From NCBI GenBank assembly GCA_903895255.1, contig CAITTG010000079.1, positions 947 to 64,946 of the forward strand: 64,000 bases of DNA. Direction: 5' to 3'. A program made the translations under genes and the position numbers. Of this stretch, positions 28,062-37,544 are shown one piece after another (the first letter of the stretch is position 1; every line of letters begins with the position of its first letter). This stretch comes from an uncultured Verrucomicrobia subdivision 3 bacterium (GTDB taxonomy: Bacteria; Verrucomicrobiota; Verrucomicrobiia; Limisphaerales; UBA11358). The notes under the pieces are model-generated. The model was not told the origin of the DNA, ran no database searches, and worked only from the letters and a program-made list of their open reading frames with translations.

Positions 28062-28484
28062 ATGAAAACCCTGTTAATCCTGCTGCTCCTGTCCGGCACC
28101 GCCCTGGCTCAAAGCAGTGCCCGCTTCACCATCACCCGTAATAGTGTGGCCGGGGGTGGCGCGACCGCCAGCAGCGGGCATTATCAGCTGGCGGGCACGG
28201 TGGCCCAACCGCTGGCGGCTGTGCCGGGCAGCGCCCATTACTCCATTCAAGGCGGCTTTTGGATTGTGCCCGCCCCCATCCTCTTTGGACCACAGGCGGT
28301 TGGCACCAATTTTTTCATTTCCATTCAGAGCGAATTGGGCAAGACCTACACCCTGCAGTATCTTGATGCTTTGGGCACCGGCTGGCAAAGCCTGCCACCG
28401 CTGGCCGGCACCGGCGGCATTATCACGGTTACCAACGGCGGCGCGGGAGTGGCCCAGCGATTTTACCGGCTGTTGGAACCTTAA
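28062..28484 (+). CDS. Small secreted companion protein with an FYRL C-terminal domain
   Basis: Signal peptide, VAGGG...YQLAGTVAQP...YSIQGGFW, ending AQRFYRLLEP. Confidence 0.75.
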   Translation: MKTLLILLLLSGTALAQSSARFTITRNSVAGGGATASSGHYQLAGTVAQPLAAVPGSAHYSIQGGFWIVPAPILFGPQAVGTNFFISIQSELGKTYTLQYLDALGTGWQSLPPLAGTGGIITVTNGGAGVAQRFYRLLEP

Positions 28485-28745
28485 TGCGGCAAAACCAAAT
28501 TCGGCCTCGCCGGCTTCCGGGCCGGGTGCTCCTCAAAACGGCTTTGCTGAAGCAACGCATCGTCCCTGGCAAAGTTGCGGGCGCCTTGGTAACCGTGACC
28601 ACCGTAAAAACTCCCCTGCCTGCCTGTTAAACCGTGCGTCGCGGAGCAGCTCACTGACAGGATCGGATTGACATTTTTCGCCAGTAAAGGCATTAGCTGT
28701 TCGGTTCCCGCGTCTCAGAATTTAAATTTGCGGTCACGACTCAAA

Positions 28746-30863
28746 ATGCCCTTGCCCCCGTCAACCTCGTTTTTGCCCGCTGCCATCGTCTGGCGGGCTG
28801 GCCAGTGGGTGCCGTTGGTCATGGTCCTGGCCTTCAGCGCACACCCCGTCCGCGCGCAAACCACAAACACGGAACTACACACCGTGGCCGAGGTGCGGAG
28901 CCTGTCGGCGGCGGCGGCACAGCAGCATTTGAATGTCCGGTTGCGCGGGGTGGTCACCTTTTTCGATGAGGGCCTGTTCTCGCGTTTTATGCAAGACGAC
29001 ACCTCCGGGGTTTACTTGTATGACGCCGGATTGCCGGTGCATTTGATCCCGGGCCAGTTGGTGGAGGTGGCCGGCACCACCAGTTCGGGCGAATATGCCC
29101 CCATCGTGGTGCCCAAGGAAATTCACGTCGTGGGCCAGGGGCCGCTGCCGTCGCCCCGGCGGGTGGGTTACGACGAAATGGCCAGCGGCCAGGAGGACAG
29201 CCAGTTTGTGGAAATCAGCGGGGTGGTGCGGTCGGTGGAATTGCTGACCAACCAATATTATGAAATTGAAATTGCCACCGGTGGGGGCCGGCTCTCCGTT
29301 TATGCCCGCACCCTGCCAGTGGACCGGGTGGAAGCGCTGCCGGACAGCACCGTACGGGTGCGGGGTGTTTGCTCCACCCAGTTTAATCGTCGCCGGCAAT
29401 TATTTGCCATCCGCTTGATGGTGCCGCGGCCGGAAGATTTGGTGACGGAATCACCGGCTCCCAGTGATCCTTTTGCCATCGCCGCCCGGCCGATCGGCAG
29501 CCTCCTGCAATTCACCCCGCAGGAATCGTTTGGCCGCCGCGTGAAGGTGGCGGGGCAGGTGATCTATTACGAGCCGGGCAAGGAGGTTTTTTTGCAGGAG
29601 GGTGATCAGGGCGTCGAAGTGCAAACCCGCGGGCAGGAACCGCTGGCGCTGGGCGATCAAGTGGAGGCGCTGGGATTTGTCAGCCAGGGGGATTACACCC
29701 CGCTGCTGCAGGATGGCATCTACCGCAAGCTGACGGCGGGACCGCCCCTGGCACCCGCGCGGGTGACGCCGGATGAGGCGCTCAATGGCAAATATGACTG
29801 CCAGCTCATTCAGGTCACCGCCAGGGTCCTGGACCGGGCATTACTGGGGACGGAACGTTATCTGGTGTTGCAGGAGGGTGACATTATCTTTCAAGCCTTC
29901 TTGGGCGAACTGGATGGTGACGATCCCCTGGCGCAATTGGAAAACGGGAGTCGTGTGGCCGTTACCGGCGTTTGCCGGATTGAGCCGGGCGTGTGGCTGG
30001 CGGGGGACACCTGGCGCGCCAAGGCTTTTCGGTTGCAAATGCGTTCCATCGCAGACGTTACGCTGGTCGAGGCCCCCTCATGGTGGACCCTCCGCCGGGT
30101 GCTGGGGGCGGCCATCGCGGTGAGTGTGGCGGCGCTGGCAGCGTTTGCGTGGGTTGTGGTCTTGCGGCGGCAGGTGGCGGAGCGGGGGCGTGAGTTGGAA
30201 ATCCAAATCCAGGAACGGCAACTGGCCGAGCGCCGGCGTGAGATTGAGCAGGAGCGCACCCGCGTGGCGCAGGATTTGCACGATGAGTTGGGGTCCACCC
30301 TGACGGAGGTCAGCATGCTCGGCTCCTTGCTCCAAACCCCGTCCATCCCGCTGGAGACCCGGGCGACTCACTTGGAGAAGCTGGTGCAGGTGTCGCGCGC
30401 GGTGGTGGCCACGCTGGATGAAATCGTCTGGGCCGTTAATCCCACTTATGACTCGGTCGCCTCGCTGGCCAGTTATTATTCGCTGTTCGCGCAGCGGTTT
30501 TTAAACCTCGCGGGCATGGCGTGCCGCCTCACGGTCGCGGAAACCTTCCCGGCGGCCCCGCTGGACTCCCGGTTGCGGCACGGAGTTTTTCTTGCATTCA
30601 AAGAAGCGCTCAACAATGCTGTCCGCCATTCCGGCGCCTCCCAAGTGCACATTGAAATGAGTGTCGCCGCGCACGTTTTGCGCATTGTCATTGCCGACAA
30701 TGGCTGCGGCTTTGATGCCCGCCGGCGCCAGCCGGGCTGTGACGGCCTCGCTGGCATGCAGGAGCGCATGACCCGGCTGGGCGGCCATTGTGAAATCACC
30801 AGCCAGCCTCATCAGGGAACAACCGTAATCTTTACTTTGCCGCTGGGAACCCCTGTGTCATGA
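28746..30863 (+). CDS. Sensor histidine kinase (HisKA_3/NarX type) with a large periplasmic region
   Basis: ERTRVAQDLHDELG, KEALNNAVRHS, DNGCG and GLAGMQER. Repeated VRxRGV-like modules precede the TM. Start uncertain. Confidence 0.9.
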   Translation: MPLPPSTSFLPAAIVWRAGQWVPLVMVLAFSAHPVRAQTTNTELHTVAEVRSLSAAAAQQHLNVRLRGVVTFFDEGLFSRFMQDDTSGVYLYDAGLPVHLIPGQLVEVAGTTSSGEYAPIVVPKEIHVVGQGPLPSPRRVGYDEMASGQEDSQFVEISGVVRSVELLTNQYYEIEIATGGGRLSVYARTLPVDRVEALPDSTVRVRGVCSTQFNRRRQLFAIRLMVPRPEDLVTESPAPSDPFAIAARPIGSLLQFTPQESFGRRVKVAGQVIYYEPGKEVFLQEGDQGVEVQTRGQEPLALGDQVEALGFVSQGDYTPLLQDGIYRKLTAGPPLAPARVTPDEALNGKYDCQLIQVTARVLDRALLGTERYLVLQEGDIIFQAFLGELDGDDPLAQLENGSRVAVTGVCRIEPGVWLAGDTWRAKAFRLQMRSIADVTLVEAPSWWTLRRVLGAAIAVSVAALAAFAWVVVLRRQVAERGRELEIQIQERQLAERRREIEQERTRVAQDLHDELGSTLTEVSMLGSLLQTPSIPLETRATHLEKLVQVSRAVVATLDEIVWAVNPTYDSVASLASYYSLFAQRFLNLAGMACRLTVAETFPAAPLDSRLRHGVFLAFKEALNNAVRHSGASQVHIEMSVAAHVLRIVIADNGCGFDARRRQPGCDGLAGMQERMTRLGGHCEITSQPHQGTTVIFTLPLGTPVS

Positions 30864-31486
30864 CCAAAGTTGCCATTGTTGAAGATAATAAAACCACCCG
30901 CGAGGGCCTGGAGACCATCGTCAATTTATCCGCCGACTTCCGTTGCGTGGGCACCTGCGCCACGGCGGAGGAGGCGCTCAAGGTGCTGCCCAAGCTGGAA
31001 CCCGAATTGGTGTTGATGGACATCCAGTTGCCGAACATGTCCGGCGTGGACTGTGTGGCGCGGCTGAAGGAGCTGCTGCCGGGCGTCAAAGCCATCATGG
31101 TGACGGTGTACGAGGATCCGGACCGGATTTTTCGCGCCTTGCGGGCGGGGGCCTCGGGCTATCTATTAAAACGATCCACACCCGAGGAGGTGCTGCACGC
31201 CATGAGCGAGGTGCAACTGGGGGGCGGGGCCATGAGCGGGGAGATTGCCCGGAAGGTGATTGGCTATTTTCGCGAACAGACCACTGCCTCTACAGAAGTA
31301 GACGAGCTGACGCCGCGCGAGCGCGAGGTGCTGGAACTGGTGGTGCATGGCCTTTCCAACAAGGAAATCTGCGAGCGCCTCTCGGTCACCGTGGCGGCCG
31401 TGCGGTTTCACCTCAAACACATCTACCAAAAGCTCCACGTCCATTCCCGGACCGAGGCCGCTCTTAAATTCCGCCCCGCCAAATAA
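30860..31486 (+). CDS. NarL/LuxR-family response regulator
   Basis: REC domain (VEDN, LMDI, GYLLK) and LTPREREVL HTH; overlaps the kinase stop. Confidence 0.93.
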   Translation: MTKVAIVEDNKTTREGLETIVNLSADFRCVGTCATAEEALKVLPKLEPELVLMDIQLPNMSGVDCVARLKELLPGVKAIMVTVYEDPDRIFRALRAGASGYLLKRSTPEEVLHAMSEVQLGGGAMSGEIARKVIGYFREQTTASTEVDELTPREREVLELVVHGLSNKEICERLSVTVAAVRFHLKHIYQKLHVHSRTEAALKFRPAK

Positions 31487-31525
31487 AGAGGGAAGGCTAA
31501 ACTCCATGGGTGGGGCCGCGCAAAA

Positions 31526-31572
31526 AACTATCTACTTGGGGAGCTATCCCTTTCCCAGCCCTTCGCTATAGT
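31526..31572 (+). promoter_or_regulatory. Candidate activator site and -10 box
   Basis: CTATC-N11-CTATC direct repeat upstream of TATAGT, with no good -35. Confidence 0.3.
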
Positions 31573-31673
31573 AGCTATGAATTCACCAACTGCCGCCAAT
31601 TCCAATTGTGGAACTGTCGGCGGCGGTGCCGATAAAAAACAACGCAAACGACAACGCAACCCGACGTCAGCCA

Positions 31674-34600
31674 ATGAATAAAAACCTGTCAAACAATCAA
31701 AGTCGCCCCCGGCTGGCCCGCTGGGCGTCAGCCGCCCTCCTGCCAGCAGCCTTGGGCACGCTCCTGCTGGTCACCGCCCCGGCCCAGGCCCAACCCACCA
31801 CCGCCGCCCCCACCCCCCCGGCACACGCGAATGTGGTTTCCATGTACAACAGCAGCGGCACCTACTCGGACCAGTCCGGGATTGGCTGGTACGCTGGTTG
31901 GGGCAGTGTCGCCAGCCAGGGCGATTATGTCATTGGCGGCAGCTCCACGGTCAAAAGCTATCTCGGCCTCAATTATGCCGGCGTGGAATTTTACAGTCCC
32001 GCGATCAATGTCTCGTCGGATAACATGATGCATGTGGATGTCTGGACGACCGCCAACCAACTGGCCATCAAACTGGTCAGCACTGGCAACGGCGCGGCTG
32101 CCGAGTTGATCTATCCCGCCAGCAGCGGAGTCATTACCAGCAACCATTGGGTGGGCCTGGACATTCCGCTCACCGCCTTCACTGCCCTCGCCCCGTCATT
32201 GGATCTCGCCAACCTTACCCAGTTGCTCTGGGTGGATAACGGCGACATTCCCGGCTCCGGGGTCAAACTGGGAAATTTCTATTTTGATAATATTTACTTT
32301 TACACCGCCACCGTCCCGCTGAACGTGGCCATCACCAGCCCTTCGGCCGGCGCCTCCGTCCTCACCAATTTTACCATCACCGCCTCCTCATCCGTGAGCC
32401 CGGGCACCGTTACCAGTGTGAGTTTTTATGACAATGGCAGCTTGCTCGGCAATGCGACCACGGCGCCCTACACGTACGATGTAACCGGCGCGGCTGTGGG
32501 GGCGCACGCCCTCACCGCCGTGACCCATGCCAGCACCGGGGCCAGTGTAACCTCCTCCGTGGTCAACGTTACCGTGAGCGTGCCCACGCTGGTGTTGTTT
32601 CCCGATGGCAATTTTGAAAATCCGGCGGGTGACCAGGCCAGCAATTACTGGGTGCCCTCCTTCTCCGCGCCCGTAACCTTTGATTATCCCACCACTGGCG
32701 GGAATCCCAACGGTTATGCGGTCATTGATGACACCGGAGGCGGTTCCTTCGGCGTGATCGTAAGTGGCAACACCACCCCGCTGCCGCTTTCGACCCTGGC
32801 TTTGCTTGCCGGTAATACTTACACCTTCGTACAGGACATGATTATCCTGGATGGTTCCAGCATCGGTGGCTTGAAGGTGGAATCTTGGGGGCCCAACGGT
32901 TATATCAGTGACAGCGGTAACATGTATCCCGCCTCCGGTTCTTCCTCATGGGCGACTTATTCCTTCTCTTACACCATCAATCCAGCCGCCACCGGCATCA
33001 AAGTGGTGCCTTTGTGGGGACCCAATTCCTCGGTCGGTTACGACAACATCGGCGTGATCGTGCCCGCCACGCCGCTCTCCGTCGCCATTACCAGTCCTTC
33101 GGCTGGCGCCACCGTGAATACCAATTTCACCATCACCGCGACCACGCTCGTCAACCCGGGGGCGGTGACCAACACATATTTTTATGTGGATAACGCGCTC
33201 GTCGGCACCAGCTCCGCCTATCCTTACACCTATACCAGCGGTAACCCTGCGTTGAGCGGATCGCATGCGTTGCGAGTGGTCGCGAAGGATAACACCGGAC
33301 ATACGGCCACCTCCTCGGTGGTGAACGTGACCATCGTGGCCGCCGCCCAGCCCGTGCCGAATTATCCCATCACCGATGCCCCCACGCCCACCCGGGCGGC
33401 TTCCAGTGTCATGGCCTTGTATAACAGCAGCGGCGTTTATGCCGACCAGCCTGTCACCACCTGGGCGACATCCTGGAGCAGCCCGGGCAGCGGTATCGGG
33501 GTTAATTACACCAACACGGTCACCCGCAAGGTGGTCAAGTATTACCCGGCCCTGCAGTATGCCGGCGTGGATTTTCCCGCGCTCAACCTGTCCGGAAACA
33601 TGATGATGCATGTGGACGTGTGGTCCCCGAATGCCGCGCAGTTTGCCATTAAGTACGCCAACACCGTCGTGCCTTTCACTGCCGTTTCCAGCGCCACTCA
33701 GTTGACCAACAAAACATGGGTCAGCCTTGATTTCCCGATCAATGACTTCCCGACCATCGCTGATCCAACCAGCGTGGGCGAGTTCCTCTTTGTGGACAAC
33801 ACGCCGATCGCTGAAAACGCCACATTCTATGTGGACAACATTTATTTCTGGACCACCAACCAGGTGAATTCCTCCATCGCCCTCGGCAACCAGGTTTCCT
33901 GGACGAGTGTCGTGGGGAACAGTTATCAACCCCAGAAATCCGCCAACAACACCACTTGGGTGAATCTCGGTGGCCTGGTCACCGACGCCGCCGTGACCAA
34001 TGTGTTCGATGCCGCGCCCGCCCCTTATTACCAGGTGCTGCAATACAATCCCGGCGCGGTGGACGCGCTCTTGAACAGTGGATTTGAAACGGATAATGGC
34101 TCCGGCGCCCCGGCCAGCTGGAACTCCGTTGGCACACAAACCCCGGGCTGGATTACCACCAATGCCCACACTGGCACCTACTCCATGGACTTCAATGTTC
34201 AGGGGGATGGCATTGGCTCGCCCAATTCCGTCATCCTTCAGCAAGGCTTTGTGCCCGTTACCAGCGGGGCGACCTACACCTTTAGCGCCTGGTCGCAACT
34301 CGTTAAAACCGCCGGCATCAGCTTCGGTGACTTTTGCCTCGTGCAATGGTTCGATGCCAGCTCGGGCTTTGTCAGTCAGTCCCAAATCACGCTGACCAAT
34401 TCCATGGGGGTTTGGCAGCAAAGCGCCGCGCGGCTGACGGTTCCGGCCAATGCCACCCAGGCGCAGGTGCAGATCGTGGCCAACATTGGCGCGGTGGCCA
34501 ATGACTACGGCGAGGTGCTGGTGGATGACGTTTCCCTCGCCACCGGTGGCTCACCCTCCACCAATGCCATCCCGGCGCAGGTGCAGCCCGCGGTCGGCAT

Positions 34601-34772
34601 CTCCTGGCAATCCGGTGCGGGCCGCACCTATCAGGTCCAGTCCACGCCGGCGCTCACCCCCTCCGTCTGGTCACCGTTGGGAGCCAACGTGACTGGTAAC
34701 GGCGGCATTCCCACGGTGACGGACCAGCCCGCCGCAGCCCAGATGTTCTATCGCGTGCTGGAACTCTATTGA
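31674..34772 (+). CDS. Large secreted multi-domain glycan-binding protein (CBM-like and Ig-like repeats, FYRV C-terminus)
   Basis: Signal peptide; duplicated AP(T)P...YNSSG.Y.DQ...YAGV...MHVDVW...FY.DNIYF module; two [10 protein letters not shown] Ig-like domains; two (D/N)x(N/G)FE CBM4-like domains; ends [11 protein letters not shown]. No catalytic motif recognised. Confidence 0.8.
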   Translation: MNKNLSNNQSRPRLARWASAALLPAALGTLLLVTAPAQAQPTTAAPTPPAHANVVSMYNSSGTYSDQSGIGWYAGWGSVASQGDYVIGGSSTVKSYLGLNYAGVEFYSPAINVSSDNMMHVDVWTTANQLAIKLVSTGNGAAAELIYPASSGVITSNHWVGLDIPLTAFTALAPSLDLANLTQLLWVDNGDIPGSGVKLGNFYFDNIYFYTATVPLNVAITSPSAGASVLTNFTITASSSVSPGTVTSVSFYDNGSLLGNATTAPYTYDVTGAAVGAHALTAVTHASTGASVTSSVVNVTVSVPTLVLFPDGNFENPAGDQASNYWVPSFSAPVTFDYPTTGGNPNGYAVIDDTGGGSFGVIVSGNTTPLPLSTLALLAGNTYTFVQDMIILDGSSIGGLKVESWGPNGYISDSGNMYPASGSSSWATYSFSYTINPAATGIKVVPLWGPNSSVGYDNIGVIVPATPLSVAITSPSAGATVNTNFTITATTLVNPGAVTNTYFYVDNALVGTSSAYPYTYTSGNPALSGSHALRVVAKDNTGHTATSSVVNVTIVAAAQPVPNYPITDAPTPTRAASSVMALYNSSGVYADQPVTTWATSWSSPGSGIGVNYTNTVTRKVVKYYPALQYAGVDFPALNLSGNMMMHVDVWSPNAAQFAIKYANTVVPFTAVSSATQLTNKTWVSLDFPINDFPTIADPTSVGEFLFVDNTPIAENATFYVDNIYFWTTNQVNSSIALGNQVSWTSVVGNSYQPQKSANNTTWVNLGGLVTDAAVTNVFDAAPAPYYQVLQYNPGAVDALLNSGFETDNGSGAPASWNSVGTQTPGWITTNAHTGTYSMDFNVQGDGIGSPNSVILQQGFVPVTSGATYTFSAWSQLVKTAGISFGDFCLVQWFDASSGFVSQSQITLTNSMGVWQQSAARLTVPANATQAQVQIVANIGAVANDYGEVLVDDVSLATGGSPSTNAIPAQVQPAVGISWQSGAGRTYQVQSTPALTPSVWSPLGANVTGNGGIPTVTDQPAAAQMFYRVLELY

Positions 34773-34783
34773 TGGATGTTCAC

Positions 34784-34820
34784 GCGGGCCGGCCGGTTGG
34801 CGGCTGGCCCGCTTTTTATT
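34784..34820 (+). terminator. Intra-cluster hairpin with U-tract
   Basis: GCGGGCCGGCCG...CGGCTGGCCCGC-TTTTT between the large gene and the prepilin gene. Confidence 0.65.
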
Positions 34821-34828
34821 ACTTGTTT

Positions 34829-35590
34829 ATGAAAACCATCAATCGGCCGACTCCGGCGGCGTTTACCCTTATCGAGCTGCTCGTGGTCATCGCCATCATC
34901 GCCATCCTGGCGGCCATGCTCCTGCCCGCGCTGGCCAAGGCCAAGGACAAGGCCAAGGCGATCGCCTGTAGCAGCAACAACAAACAAATCGGCCTGGCCA
35001 TGATCATGTATGTGGGCGATAACGGTGACTTTTTGACGCCCCTGAACGATCGTAACTTTGCCTCCCACACCACCAACTGGTGGTTCCGCTACCTGGGCAA
35101 TGGCAATTACATTACCAGCAGCTCCACTTCCAACAACGTCTGGCGTTGCACCGCGGTGCAGGACCAGGACATTCAGCCCGGCACGGTGACCTTCTACGAT
35201 TCTCCATGCGAGGGCTATGGTCCGATGGAGGATACCACCAACTCGGCCTTTGGCATCATTCGTTATGCCCTGGACCTGGGGAACAATTATCAGGGAGCCC
35301 GCAAAATGACTTCCCTGAAGCGCACGAGTCAGCTCTGGCTGGCCGGGGATGTGGGCACGCCCAAAACGGGTGGCAGCGCCAACCAACAGCCCGCCAGCTA
35401 TTACACGGACATCACCGTCATCAAACCCATGTATGGCTCGGGTTGGACGGCCGTGCCCTCTTACAAACAAGCCGCTTGCCGCCACAATGGCCGCGCCGTT
35501 TTTTCCGCTTGTGACGGTCACGTGGAGAGCTGGAATTGGAAGGATTTGAGCACGGACGTTAACGACGTTTTTGCCGTCTACTCATTCTAG
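34829..35590 (+). CDS. Prepilin-type N-terminal cleavage/methylation protein with H-X9-DG motif
   Basis: [26 protein letters not shown] and C-terminal [15 protein letters not shown]. Confidence 0.9.
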   Translation: MKTINRPTPAAFTLIELLVVIAIIAILAAMLLPALAKAKDKAKAIACSSNNKQIGLAMIMYVGDNGDFLTPLNDRNFASHTTNWWFRYLGNGNYITSSSTSNNVWRCTAVQDQDIQPGTVTFYDSPCEGYGPMEDTTNSAFGIIRYALDLGNNYQGARKMTSLKRTSQLWLAGDVGTPKTGGSANQQPASYYTDITVIKPMYGSGWTAVPSYKQAACRHNGRAVFSACDGHVESWNWKDLSTDVNDVFAVYSF

Positions 35591-35648
35591 GAGCCGTTTT
35601 CCCTTACTGGGGCGGCCCGGATTTAGTTTGTAGTAATCTCATAACATT

Positions 35649-36263
35649 ATGATCAAAATCTCTTGCCGGTTTCGTCAATTTTTGGCCGCGGGACTGCTGG
35701 GCGGACTGCTGGCCGCCACGCCTGCTCTCCGGGCCGATGACACCTCCCCGGCCAACGGGGTCAAATTCCCCTTTGTCATTTACGAGGATCAAGGCAGTAC
35801 GAACAATCATTTTGCCCCGTCCGGCTGGATGGGTAATACCGGGGGCATTCAGGCGGATGACGGCTGCACCAATAATCCCCATGGGGGCACCACCTGCCTG
35901 CGGTTTGCCTACACCGCCCCCGCGCAGTGGGGCGGCGTGGTCTGGCAGGACCCCGTCAATGACTGGGGCGATGTTCCCGGTGGCTGGAACCTGACCGGGG
36001 CAGCCAGATTATCCTTCTGGGCCCGGGGGGAGAAGGGCGGGGAAATCGTCAGTTTCAAATTTGGGATTCTGGGCGCCGATAAAAAATATTCGGACAGCGC
36101 CACTGGCGAATCCACCGACTTGAAACTGTCGCCCGAATGGAAGCGTTATACGATAGATCTTGCCGGCAAGGATCTGACCCGCGTCAAAACCGGTTTTGTC
36201 TGGACGCTCAGCGGCCAGGGGCATCCGGTGGTCTTTTTTCTGGATGATATCCGTTTTGAATGA
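35649..36263 (+). CDS. Secreted stand-alone CBM-like (galactose-binding fold) protein
   Basis: Signal peptide; FAPSGWMG, WGGVVWQ, LSFWARGEKGGE, EWKRYTIDL and FFLDDIRFE. Confidence 0.65.
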   Translation: MIKISCRFRQFLAAGLLGGLLAATPALRADDTSPANGVKFPFVIYEDQGSTNNHFAPSGWMGNTGGIQADDGCTNNPHGGTTCLRFAYTAPAQWGGVVWQDPVNDWGDVPGGWNLTGAARLSFWARGEKGGEIVSFKFGILGADKKYSDSATGESTDLKLSPEWKRYTIDLAGKDLTRVKTGFVWTLSGQGHPVVFFLDDIRFE

Positions 36264-36312
36264 AATGCGGCGGGGCAGCGGGAGCTCCCCGTCCCTGAAT
36301 TTTTAATGACGA

Positions 36313-37167
36313 ATGAAAAAGCAATTTTTGAAAATGACAGTGTTGGTGGCCTGGCTCGCGGCCGTAGCACCGCCCGTGCACGCGGACAATGGTGCGAACG
36401 GCGACTGGAAACTGGTGTGGAGCGACGAGTTCAACCAGCCGGATGGCAGCCTGCCCGACCCTGCCAAGTGGAGTTTTGAAACCGGTGGCAACGGCTGGGG
36501 CAATAACGAAATGGAATACTACACCGCGCGTACCAACAATGCCCGGATTGAAGACGGCAAACTGGTGATTGAAGCCAAAAAAGAAAGCTACGGCGGCAAG
36601 ACCATCACCTCCGCCCGCCTGTTGACCAAAGGCAAATATTCCTGCACCTATGGCCGGATCGAGGCCCGTATCCAGATTCCCCGCGGCCAGGGGATCTGGC
36701 CGGCGTTTTGGATGATGGGTACGAATATCGATAGTGTCGCCTGGCCGGCCTGCGGGGAGATTGACATCATGGAAAACATCGGCAAGGAACCGGGCACGGT
36801 GCATGGGACGGTGCACGGTCCCGGCTACAGTGGTGCGCATGGCATTGGCGGCCCTTTCACCCTGCCGGGGGGCGCGGCGCTGGCCAGTGATTTTCATGTG
36901 TACGGCATTGAATGGAGCACCAACCGCATCGACTGGTACCTTGACGGGCAAACCTACTTCTCCATCACCCCCGCCCGGCTCCCGCAGGGGGCTGCCTGGG
37001 CCTTCGACCAGTCCAAATTCGTCCTTTTTAATTTGGCGGTGGGCGGTGGCTGGCCCGGTTATCCCGATGCCACCACCACCTTTCCGCAGCGGATGGTGGT
37101 GGACTATGTGCGGGTCTATCAAAAAGTGCCCGCCGGCGCAACGGCGCAAGCGCGCCTGGGCAATTAG
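36313..37167 (+). CDS. GH16 endo-beta-1,3-glucanase (laminarinase-type)
   Basis: LVWSDEF, GWGNNE, WPAFW, catalytic EIDIME and VDYVRVYQ. Confidence 0.93.
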   Translation: MKKQFLKMTVLVAWLAAVAPPVHADNGANGDWKLVWSDEFNQPDGSLPDPAKWSFETGGNGWGNNEMEYYTARTNNARIEDGKLVIEAKKESYGGKTITSARLLTKGKYSCTYGRIEARIQIPRGQGIWPAFWMMGTNIDSVAWPACGEIDIMENIGKEPGTVHGTVHGPGYSGAHGIGGPFTLPGGAALASDFHVYGIEWSTNRIDWYLDGQTYFSITPARLPQGAAWAFDQSKFVLFNLAVGGGWPGYPDATTTFPQRMVVDYVRVYQKVPAGATAQARLGN

Positions 37168-37544
37168 TGAGCAGGCAGAAAAGAGTTGGCCTTGCGTGGG
37201 CATTAATCCCCCAAGTGTGGCCGAGAATCCAAAATTCCGGCTCCTTCCCCTTTTGGCGGCCCGCACTATCCGATGCTGGAGCGCCGTGCCGCACGGTGTG
37301 GATCGCCGCAAGCCTCGACTAGCGCCAGCGCTGGCACCTGACTCGCTTTTGGCAAGCCAGACTCTACTGCTGGCACCCCGTATTACGAGCCTCAATCAAC
37401 CTCCTTCAACCGCACGTTTTTCGGGGAGAAGCCGGCCGGGCGGCGTTACTCCTTGCTGGAAGACCGTAACGGGTAGTTTCGCTCTTTCCGCGCCTTGCCA
37501 TGCCGGCTTCTTCCCGAAAATTCATTGGGTTATGCCCGGTTTGA

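Noticed and set aside
37168-37544. Possible ncRNA or small gene in the 377-bp gap between GH16 and GH9
   Set aside because: No convincing ORF, tRNA fold or strong repeat is visible by eye.
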